DNA of 32,000 nt. It comes from Nostoc sp. PCC 7120 = FACHB-418 (lineage in GTDB: Bacteria > Cyanobacteriota > Cyanobacteriia > Cyanobacteriales > Nostocaceae). Within the stretch, counting starts at the first letter, position 1. Each line of letters begins with the position of its first letter. The notes under the pieces were generated by a model. It worked only from the letters and a program-made list of their open reading frames with translations. It was not told where the DNA came from and made no database searches. This document shows positions 25,503-32,000 of this stretch, piece after piece. The position numbers and the translations under genes are program-made. The stretch lies in the NCBI RefSeq assembly GCF_000009705.1, contig NC_003272.1, positions 1,980,001-2,012,000 on the forward strand, in the 5' to 3' direction.

Positions 25503-25558
25503 TCATTAGTCATTAGTCATTAGTCATTAGTCCATAGTCAACAGTCCATAGTCAACTC
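25503..25558. repeat. STRR-type heptamer array, 8 units (TCATTAG x4, TCCATAG, TCAACAG, TCCATAG, TCAACTC)
   Basis: Counted unit by unit. Starts 7 nt upstream of the pyrB start codon. Confidence 0.85.
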
Positions 25559-25568
25559 GCTTCGCTCC

Positions 25569-25596
25569 AATTCAAAATTCAAAATTCAAAATTCAA
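25569..25596. repeat. Heptamer array AATTCAA x4
   Basis: Counted unit by unit. Followed by CAACTGA CAACTAA (25604-25617), which overlaps the mgtE stop codon. Confidence 0.85.
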
Positions 25597-25613
25597 AAAA
25601 GGCCAACTGACAA

Positions 25614-26966
25614 CTAAGTCGGTAAGTGAAACACGTTTAAGGCTGTAGCAATTAGAGTTAAGAAGGTTAAAAAGCCGATGGTGTCAAGCATTGTGGTGAC
25701 TAATGGGCCACTGACTAAAGCAGGATCTAATTTTAGGCGTTTCAAACCCATTGGCAACAAAGTACCAAGTGTTACAGCCACCATTGTATTAGTTGCCATG
25801 ACTGTACCGGCAATCACCGCTACCCATCGTTCTTGGGGTTTAGCCCAAATTAAAGAAAGGGCAAACATAGTTATAGCTAAGACTACAGCCGTCCCTAAAC
25901 CTGCGAAAATTTCTTTCCGCAGAATTTTCATAGTATCTTTGGGTGTGACTTCACCTATACCTAAACCACGAATAGTAACTGTTAATGCTTGGATGCCGAC
26001 TGTTCCCCCTGTATTGGAAAATATGGGCATAATCACAGCTAATACTGGTACAGCAGCAATAATTGATTGAAAAGGAGCGATCGCACTAGCTGCACCAATA
26101 TACAAAGCCATAATTCCTAACAACCAGGGTAAGCGGTTGCGGATAGTGAGTAGAGGCGAAGACAAAGCAGCTTCATCACCACTCACCCCAGCTAACTTTT
26201 GAATATCTTCCGTTGCTTCTTCTTCTAAAATATCGACTACATCATCAATCGTGATAATACCGACTAATCGCTCTTCCCGATCAACTACGGGGATGGCAAT
26301 TAAGTCATAGCGCTTCATAATTTGAGCGACTTCTTCTTGGGGTGTATCGGTTCTGACCTTAACAACGCGATCGCTTGCGATATCACGAATCAAGACATCG
26401 GGAAAGGTAAATAACAATTGTCGTAAGGAAACAACCCGTACTAGTTTGCGGTTGTCATCTGTAACATAGGCGTAGTAGATTGTTTCCTTGTCTTCATCCT
26501 GACGGCGAATTTTACTCAGGGCTTCTCCCACCGTCAAACCTTCACGCAAACGCACATATTCAGTAGTCATCACCCGCCCGGCTGTACCTTCGGGATAACC
26601 GAGAATAGTAGCGGTTGCTTGTCTTTGTTCGGGACTGAGTTCTCGTAATAACCGCTTGATGACACCAGCAGGTAGTTCATCAAATAATTCTGCCCGTTCA
26701 TCGGGACTCATTTCCTCCACAAGTTGCACCACCTGTGCATCATGCAGGGAGTTAATTAGTTCTTCTTGAACTTCTGTCGGCAAATATTCAAATACATCAA
26801 TTGCCTGATTTTTGTTGAGGAGACGAAAGGCGATCGCTCGCTGCTTTTCTGGCAATTGAGTAATATACTCGCCTACATCTACAGGTTGCAGCCGATTTAA
26901 ATCCCACTTGAGCTGGTTTAAATCAGCAACATCCATGAGCGCAATGCGAACATCCTGTGTGAGCAT
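25614..26966 (-). CDS. mgtE: Magnesium transporter MgtE
   Basis: MgtE N-domain, tandem CBS region and a C-terminal 5-TM domain. I prefer the start at ATG 26966 (MLTQDV...) because AGGAGG lies 8 nt upstream. The ORF track begins at an upstream TTG (27014). Confidence 0.9.
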   Translation of the reverse strand: MLTQDVRIALMDVADLNQLKWDLNRLQPVDVGEYITQLPEKQRAIAFRLLNKNQAIDVFEYLPTEVQEELINSLHDAQVVQLVEEMSPDERAELFDELPAGVIKRLLRELSPEQRQATATILGYPEGTAGRVMTTEYVRLREGLTVGEALSKIRRQDEDKETIYYAYVTDDNRKLVRVVSLRQLLFTFPDVLIRDIASDRVVKVRTDTPQEEVAQIMKRYDLIAIPVVDREERLVGIITIDDVVDILEEEATEDIQKLAGVSGDEAALSSPLLTIRNRLPWLLGIMALYIGAASAIAPFQSIIAAVPVLAVIMPIFSNTGGTVGIQALTVTIRGLGIGEVTPKDTMKILRKEIFAGLGTAVVLAITMFALSLIWAKPQERWVAVIAGTVMATNTMVAVTLGTLLPMGLKRLKLDPALVSGPLVTTMLDTIGFLTFLTLIATALNVFHLPT

Positions 26967-26974
26967 GATTTTAC

Positions 26975-27057
26975 CTCCTATTGTCTCCCCCGCGCTGGGA
27001 GACTGGCTCACCAAACTCAGGGGAGGATTATACTGCCATCTTGTGGACTTTTGTCCA
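26975..27057 (-). promoter_or_regulatory. Predicted mgtE promoter and short leader (TGGACA ... TATAAT, leader hairpin GTCTCCC/GGGAGAC, SD AGGAGG)
   Basis: On the minus strand, TATAAT is at 27032-27027 and the -35-like TGGACA at 27057-27052 (19-nt spacer, slightly long). The 7-bp hairpin is at 26983-27003. All of this is sequence-pattern inference. Confidence 0.3.
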
Positions 27058-27554
27058 TAAAATCTAAAAAATTGAACTCGATGTTAATACTAATGCTTAC
27101 TAAGCATTCATCCTAACTCGGAATCAGGTTTTCTGATATAAATTCCCAGAAATTGTGCAAACACTATATGAATCCCGCACAATATTCAGCTATCTATGAC
27201 CTTGATTTTTGTTAGGTTAATGTAAATTTAACTACTGTGATAATTTGTGTCAAGCAGTTCCCAAGACTTACTTAACAACTTCACAGAGCCAACCCTTGTG
27301 AGGAATACAAATTTACAATTATGGTTATTTAACTTATCGAGATTAGTATATTTTTTACGGTTTCCGTAGAAAATACAGACAGATAATTAAATCCTTTCAT
27401 TGAAGATAAAGGACAAATAAATATAATAATTATTAATAAATTCTATAATCAAGCTAATTTTTATTGGTTTTATGAGTAATTAATTTCTAAATTGTTTAAA
27501 ACGCACAATTCGTAATTAAGAGTGTTAATTACGAATTACGAATGATTAATTATT

Positions 27555-27695
27555 AGGACTTACGCATGAAAACGAAAGATCAAGGGTTTGGACAAGGGTG
27601 TGGGGTACAGGGGTATAAATCTTTGAAACCTTTACACCCCTATACCCTTACCCCCTTACACCCGGACTCAACAGACAACCTGGTGCGTAAGTCCT
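27555..27695. mobile_element. 141-bp MITE-like element with 12-bp terminal inverted repeats AGGACTTACGCA / TGCGTAAGTCCT
   Basis: TIRs read directly. The interior is rich in GGGTGT/ACACCC palindromic motifs. A truncated relative lies at 19669-19748. Confidence 0.7.
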
Positions 27696-27710
27696 AAATT
27701 ACGAATTACT

Positions 27711-28889
27711 TCAAGCTACTGGCACAAACTCACTTTTGACAGTCACGTATGCCCAATCTAACCAAGGAAGCAGAGCTTCAATATCAGCAGTTTCTACCGT
27801 AGCGCCTCCCCAAATTCGCAAGCCTGGAGGCGCAGCACGATAGGGGGCAATATCATAAGCCACTTGCTGTTTTTCCAAAAGTTTTGCTAGTTTCTTAGTA
27901 AATTTGCCTTGGTCTTCTGCACTCAAGCTAGCAAAGGCAGCATCAATGATTTTTAAGCAAATTGAAGTACAAGAGCGAGTTTCTGGTTTCTCAGCTAAGA
28001 AATCTGCCCAATTGCTTTGTTTCACCCATTGAGCGATCGCTGCTAAGTTGGCCTCACTACGACTAATTAAACCAGGTAAACCGCCAACAATTTCCGCCCA
28101 AATCAACGCATCTAGGGCATCTTCCACACACAACATCGATGGTGTATTGATGGTATCCCCCTTAAAAATGCCTTCAATTAATTTGCCTTTTTGGGATAGG
28201 CGGAAAATTTTCGGTATAGGCCAAGCTGGTTCATAAGTTTCGAGTCTTTCCACAGCACGGGGTGAGAGGACAATCACACCATGCTGGGCTTCTCCACCCA
28301 ATACTTTTTGCCAAGAGTAAGTCAATACATCTATTTTTTCCCAAGGAATATCCATCGCAAATACGGCAGATGTAGCATCGCAAATGGTTAGACCTTGGCG
28401 ATCGTCTTTGATCCAATCACCATTCGGCACTCTCACACCAGAAGTCGTGCCATTCCACAAAAACACCACATCATGGCTAAAATCAACCTCATCTAAATTG
28501 GGTAACCCGCCATAGGGTGCTTTCAACAGACGCACATCAGGTAACTTCAACTCATCGACAACATCTTTGACCCATTCCTGACCAAAACTTTCCCATGCCA
28601 AGATGTCTAGAGGTCTTTGTCCCAGTAGCGACCATAAGGCCATTTCCACTGCACCCGTGTCAGAAGCCGGAACGATACCTAAACGATAATCAGCAGGTAA
28701 ACCGAGAATTTGTTTGGAACGTTCAATCACTTCAGACAGCTTGGCTTTGCCATCTTCAGACCTGTGAGAACGACCCAAGCAGGCGTTTTCCAGATTCGAC
28801 ACAGACCAACCAGGGTGCTTGGCGCAAGGGCCAGAGGAGAAATGAGTAACTTGAGGTTTATTTGTTGGAAGGGTAAGATGCTCTGACAT
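27711..28889 (-). CDS. serC: Phosphoserine aminotransferase (long, ~390-aa class V aminotransferase type)
   Basis: 392 aa. The aminotransferase class V pattern includes the probable PLP-lysine context YSWQKVLGG, and the N-terminus [12 protein letters not shown] is typical of this SerC type. Confidence 0.85.
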   Translation of the reverse strand: MSEHLTLPTNKPQVTHFSSGPCAKHPGWSVSNLENACLGRSHRSEDGKAKLSEVIERSKQILGLPADYRLGIVPASDTGAVEMALWSLLGQRPLDILAWESFGQEWVKDVVDELKLPDVRLLKAPYGGLPNLDEVDFSHDVVFLWNGTTSGVRVPNGDWIKDDRQGLTICDATSAVFAMDIPWEKIDVLTYSWQKVLGGEAQHGVIVLSPRAVERLETYEPAWPIPKIFRLSQKGKLIEGIFKGDTINTPSMLCVEDALDALIWAEIVGGLPGLISRSEANLAAIAQWVKQSNWADFLAEKPETRSCTSICLKIIDAAFASLSAEDQGKFTKKLAKLLEKQQVAYDIAPYRAAPPGLRIWGGATVETADIEALLPWLDWAYVTVKSEFVPVA

Positions 28890-28899
28890 TGTTGCAGGA

Positions 28900-29090
28900 G
28901 AAAGCTTTATGTAAGTAGTAATGTAGATACTACATTATTGACTGTCTCCCCATCACTAAAGTGAGGAGATTATTTCACTGTGCATTGCTACCGCTTGCAC
29001 AGAGCTACACTGGAGATGAGGACGAAATCTCAAGCCAATGGGCGCAGCCATAACGCCGACTACTGGGACATCAAAACATCCCAGATACTT
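28900..29090 (-). ncRNA. Predicted TnpB omega (right-end) RNA scaffold overlapping the 3' end of tnpB
   Basis: Four consecutive hairpins lie on the tnpB strand: 29063-29084 (9 bp), 28978-29002 (7 bp perfect), 28946-28968 (bulged, spans the stop codon) and 28917-28939 (8 bp perfect). The position matches that established for TnpB guide RNAs. Extent and ends are inferred. Confidence 0.4.
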
Positions 29091-30149
29091 TCTACGAATA
29101 TTGACACAACCAACCCCATCTCGATGAAACTCAAATCCGCATTTACATTTGTAGGTGCGGTTTTTGGGTTTGTGGCGTTGACCACATGATGGGCAAACCT
29201 GACTGCTGTATCTCTCACACTGAATCTCGACTTTCATCCCCAACCTTTGAGATTTGTAGGTGAGAAAGGCGCGAGTTTCGCCATGTGACCATTGATGCAG
29301 CTTTTGATTGACTTTAGTGCCAAAATTAATTCGTTGTCTAATATCTCTGACATCACCTATTGCCAGGGTTTGTACGCCTCTAGATTTGAGCGTAGAAACA
29401 AGTTTACTGGTCTGTTTGTGCAGGATATCTTTAATTTGGTTTTTGACTTTAGCTAACTGACGTTGCTTGGAACGAACTAATCTTTTCTTAGGTTTAGATC
29501 CTCTCTTTTTCTGATGAATTAATGATGCCAGTTTGGCTTTAAGTTTGTTCTGATATTGACGCTTAGAGCGTAGCAATCGACCATTCAGGATGAAAGTTTG
29601 CTCTCCATCATGGGCGACAGCAAGGTGGATTTCTCCTAAGTCGATACCCACAACAGTTCCAGTTTCAACTGTTTGAGTTTGGCTAACAGCATAACAAGCA
29701 CGAATTTCATATTGCTTGCCGTCCCACCCCATTTCCACTAATTTGGGAGTTTCCCAATTCCAATCAACAATCAAGGGTGCGTTACCCTTGCCGTTGGATA
29801 AGTGCAACTTCCCATTTCTTACCTTGATAGCTGACGACTTCCATTGAACTTTAAAAAATCGTCTACGTCGTCTTGGTGGGTGAGCATTTGGATCTGCTTT
29901 GCGTCTTGTCCTCCATGATTTGAGGCTAGAGTAAAAACTCTGAACAACTGCATCTGCACTGTGAGCGTGTAATTTGTTGGAGTTATGCCACCGCATCATA
30001 GATGAAGGCTTGAGCCACAAATCCTTGTTGCGAACTGTACGCCAGAAACTAACTACTGTGCGAGAATACAACTCGCCAGATGCACTAGCTAAATCACTCA
30101 TTTGTTGAGTGTTACCAATTTTTAGTTTTCTAACTGTATATTCACCCAT
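28956..30149 (-). CDS. tnpB: TnpB (IS605 OrfB family RNA-guided endonuclease)
   Basis: RuvC-I is GIDLGE (D176 in ORF-track numbering). The zinc ribbon is CPSCG...CKCG, followed by HRDGVGCVNI (D350). I prefer the start at the second ATG (30149), which follows TATAAT-N6; the ORF track starts at 30167. Confidence 0.9.
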   Translation of the reverse strand: MGEYTVRKLKIGNTQQMSDLASASGELYSRTVVSFWRTVRNKDLWLKPSSMMRWHNSNKLHAHSADAVVQSFYSSLKSWRTRRKADPNAHPPRRRRRFFKVQWKSSAIKVRNGKLHLSNGKGNAPLIVDWNWETPKLVEMGWDGKQYEIRACYAVSQTQTVETGTVVGIDLGEIHLAVAHDGEQTFILNGRLLRSKRQYQNKLKAKLASLIHQKKRGSKPKKRLVRSKQRQLAKVKNQIKDILHKQTSKLVSTLKSRGVQTLAIGDVRDIRQRINFGTKVNQKLHQWSHGETRAFLTYKSQRLGMKVEIQCERYSSQVCPSCGQRHKPKNRTYKCKCGFEFHRDGVGCVNIRRKYLGCFDVPVVGVMAAPIGLRFRPHLQCSSVQAVAMHSEIISSL

Positions 30150-30155
30150 AAAAAG

Positions 30156-30180
30156 ATTATACAGCATAAGGCTATATAAT
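30156..30180. promoter_or_regulatory. Back-to-back -10 boxes for tnpB (minus, 30161-30156) and tnpA (plus, 30175-30180)
   Basis: Each TATAAT lies exactly 6 nt from its ATG (30149 and 30187) with no SD between them. Confidence 0.35.
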
Positions 30181-30186
30181 TATTGC

Positions 30187-30585
30187 ATGAGGCGAAAATA
30201 TAAATTTAACAACAATGTAGTCTACTCTTGTAAATACCATATAGTTTGGACTCCCAAGTACAGACGCAAGGTATTAAAAGATGGTGTTGATACACGGCTA
30301 AAAGAACTGTTACAACAAATAGCAGCAGAAATTCAGGTTGAGATTTTGGAAATGGAGGTAGTAGAGGATCATGTCCACCTACTGATTGAGGTTGACCCGC
30401 AATTTGGTGTCCACAAGGCAATTAAACGGTTTAAAGGCGCAACGTCTCGTTACCTACGCTTAGAGTTTCCACACCTGAAACAAAGACTACCTACGCTGTG
30501 GACTAATTCTTACTTTGTCTCTACAGTCGGGGGCGCACCACTGGAGGCGGTTAAGGAGTACATTCAAAATCAGAAAAATACTTGA
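30187..30585 (+). CDS. tnpA: IS200/IS605-family Y1 (HUH) transposase TnpA
   Basis: 132 aa from ATG 30187. It has YHIVWTPKYRRKVL, the HUH motif DHVHLLIEV and the catalytic Tyr context NSYFVSTVGG. The upstream extension in the ORF track (30109) overlaps tnpB and is rejected. Confidence 0.9.
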   Translation: MRRKYKFNNNVVYSCKYHIVWTPKYRRKVLKDGVDTRLKELLQQIAAEIQVEILEMEVVEDHVHLLIEVDPQFGVHKAIKRFKGATSRYLRLEFPHLKQRLPTLWTNSYFVSTVGGAPLEAVKEYIQNQKNT

Positions 30586-30630
30586 CGGCGATTTTAATCG
30601 CCTAGCAGCTTGCGCCGCATTGATTATCGG

Positions 30631-30658
30631 TCAGTGGTTAGTTGTCAGTTGTCAAAAG
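30631..30658. repeat. Heptamer array (TCAGTGG TTAGTTG TCAGTTG TCAAAAG), the reverse complement of the CAACTGA/CAACTAA type seen at 25604-25617
   Basis: Counted directly. Flanks the tnpA-side end of the IS. Confidence 0.6.
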
Positions 30659-30676
30659 TGATTCTCTCTTACACCC

Positions 30677-31588
30677 CTACACCCCTGACACTTCTACCCT
30701 TCTAATAATTCCCCTGTCAAAAATACGGTTATTAGTAGCGATCGCATTTAGTTCTATCCTATCTGGATAAACTTCATAGGTAGCAAAACTTAAATCACTG
30801 GTAGAGTATTCTGTCCATTTTGAACGCCCTACAGGACGATTACCCGCACCAGCACCACAAGTTAAATAGGTTGTTCCGTCAATAGCACGAGTGCGTTCAT
30901 AACTGTGTTCGTGTCCGTTGATATAAAGCTGGACTCCGTATTTCTGAAATAGTGGTGTGAAAGTTTTAATAAAAGCTTGATTACTGCCGTAGACCCCCGA
31001 TGAATAAATGGGATGATGCCCAAATACTACTTTCCACGGGGCATTACTACTGCTTAATTCTTTTTCTAACCAAGTTAACTGATTTTGCCAATCGGCATTA
31101 CTGTTAGTATCTAAAGCGAAAAATTGTACGCGATCGCGGCGAAATGTATAATATCGCCGTCCGTTCATATTAAAACCGGGATAGCGGACTTGCGGATCAC
31201 CATTATCAGTACGAATATCGTGATTACCTAAACAAGCCTGAAATTTCACTCCTTGTTTGAGCAAATCTTGATAGGGACGCTCAAAAACTGCGTTCACTTT
31301 TTCAATTTCACCATTATTGTAAATATTATCGCCAGCTAAAACTACTAAATCATAGGGATTTTGCTTGTGGTAAAGCGTCATTGCCCTAGCCACAGCATAT
31401 TGTCCTCTTGCCCCAGTTCCCGTGTCAGCCACCGACACAAAACGTAAAAGTAAATCTTTTTTGGGTGGTGAGGCGATCGCCAAATCACTACTTTGGTAAT
31501 ATTTATGGGCGAATTTCCAGGCTAATAATCCAGTTCCAACAGCGCTGAGACTACTTAAAAATAAAAATTGACGGCGTTTGAGATTCAT
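30677..31588 (-). CDS. Secreted metallophosphoesterase (calcineurin-like / purple-acid-phosphatase-like) with Tat signal
   Basis: 303 aa. It has a twin-arginine signal (KRRQFLF) and the metallophosphoesterase motifs DTG, GDNIY, GNHD, GHHP and GHEH. Confidence 0.85.
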   Translation of the reverse strand: MNLKRRQFLFLSSLSAVGTGLLAWKFAHKYYQSSDLAIASPPKKDLLLRFVSVADTGTGARGQYAVARAMTLYHKQNPYDLVVLAGDNIYNNGEIEKVNAVFERPYQDLLKQGVKFQACLGNHDIRTDNGDPQVRYPGFNMNGRRYYTFRRDRVQFFALDTNSNADWQNQLTWLEKELSSSNAPWKVVFGHHPIYSSGVYGSNQAFIKTFTPLFQKYGVQLYINGHEHSYERTRAIDGTTYLTCGAGAGNRPVGRSKWTEYSTSDLSFATYEVYPDRIELNAIATNNRIFDRGIIRRVEVSGV

Positions 31589-31720
31589 AAATCACCAAAT
31601 TAATCAATAGCCAAATTAGCCGAAGCCATTACCCATGAAATGATACATTAGGGCAAAAGAGAAACAAGCAAAAAGATGCAGCTAGTTTGTCTTTGATTTG
31701 TTGGTTTTGGTAAAAGTTCC

Positions 31721-32000
31721 ATGTCACAAGACAATCTTCCCGAACAACCCAATCAACCGGAACCGACAGTTACGCCGGCCAATCAACCCCGCCAGAGGAG
31801 AGTCCCGCAGCCTCTTTGGAAGGCAGCAATTATCGGATTTCTGCGAGGTACAATTGGGATTTTAGAAACTACTGTAGAGAAACTGGAAACAGCACCGCCG
31901 CCGGGTACGGAAGCAACTCCCAGTTTTTTACAACAGCTAGAGTCCAGATGGGGTAGGTTTTTACTGAAAAGCCGTGCTTTTATCCCATCTAATTTATCAA
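31721..32000 (+). CDS. Hypothetical protein, N-terminal part; runs off the window
   Basis: ATG at 31721 is followed by 93 stop-free codons to the window edge (MSQDNLPEQPNQPEP...). It is absent from the ORF track, presumably because it has no stop. No motif was recognised. Confidence 0.35.
   Translation, partial: MSQDNLPEQPNQPEPTVTPANQPRQRRVPQPLWKAAIIGFLRGTIGILETTVEKLETAPPPGTEATPSFLQQLESRWGRFLLKSRAFIPSNLS

Larger units (their letters stand above)
28900..30630 (-). mobile_element. IS200/IS605-family insertion sequence with divergent tnpA and tnpB; both boundaries approximate
   Basis: Carries a Y1 HUH transposase and a TnpB. A subterminal hairpin lies at 28917-28939 at the tnpB (right) end and GGCGAT-TTTA-ATCGCC at 30587-30602 at the tnpA (left) end. 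There is no HIP1 octamer inside, unlike the flanking genes. Confidence 0.8.

Noticed and set aside
25503-25617. Possible CRISPR array because of the dense tandem repeats
   Set aside because: The units are 7 nt with no spacers, and no cas genes are present. These are STRR-type heptamer arrays.
27015-27250. Mg-sensing (M-box) riboswitch upstream of mgtE
   Set aside because: A plausible -10 box lies only about 60-70 nt from the start codon, and the leader contains one small hairpin. I could not recognise M-box conserved segments. Without a covariance search this remains unsupported.
28946-28968. Yfr1-like sRNA motif (CUCCUCAC) on the minus strand
   Set aside because: Only an 8-nt partial match to the Yfr1 core. 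It lies inside the IS at the tnpB stop codon and is better explained as part of the right-end (omega RNA) structure.
30109-30186. N-terminal 26-codon extension of tnpA in the ORF track, and the tnpB start at 30167
   Set aside because: The extension overlaps the tnpB start on the other strand and adds residues not typical of Y1 transposases. ATG 30187 (MRRKYKF...YHIVWTPKYR) fits the family N-terminus. For tnpB the second ATG (30149) has the matching TATAAT-N6 context, although 30167 cannot be excluded.
30661-30700. The phosphoesterase C-terminus (RRVEVSGV) is encoded by repeat-like CCCCTACACCCCTGACAC sequence, suggesting truncation by the neighbouring IS or repeat
   Set aside because: All metallophosphoesterase motifs are present and the length (303 aa) is normal. 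Without orthologs I cannot show that the C-terminus was altered.

Overview
This 32-kb chromosomal window reads as a filamentous, heterocyst-type cyanobacterium (Nostoc/Anabaena-like). The basis is frequent HIP1 octamers (GCGATCGC), STRR-type heptamer arrays, Nostoc-style palindromic/MITE repeats, and genes such as pxcA. I support about 27 protein genes, mostly housekeeping or envelope functions. They are an RND pump tail, a ShlB/FhaC-type TpsB transporter, murE, a glutaredoxin-like protein, two orphan histidine kinases, PBP4 (dacB), a GT4 glycosyltransferase plus polysaccharide deacetylase, an XRE regulator, a PIN-domain protein, pxcA, a 747-aa P-loop protein, msrA, a TPR lipoprotein, a DUF4212 + sodium:solute symporter pair, pyrB, mgtE, serC and a Tat-signal metallophosphoesterase. 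Mobile content is an IS630 transposase remnant, several MITE-like repeats, and one apparently intact IS200/IS605 element with divergent tnpA/tnpB. No rRNA, tRNA or CRISPR array was recognised. I did not find a convincing multi-gene novel system. The most system-like item is the TnpB nuclease with a hairpin-rich right end (predicted omega RNA) that sits directly against the serC start codon. Other items the gene list does not explain: two long ORF-free AT-rich tracts (9706-10620, 14038-14819); two paralogous ~77-aa proteins of unknown function; a heptamer array kept in frame inside a CDS; a pyrB leader made almost entirely of heptamer repeats; and an XRE regulator plus antitoxin-less PIN protein in a HIP1-poor block. 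All homology calls are by-eye motif recognition, not database searches.
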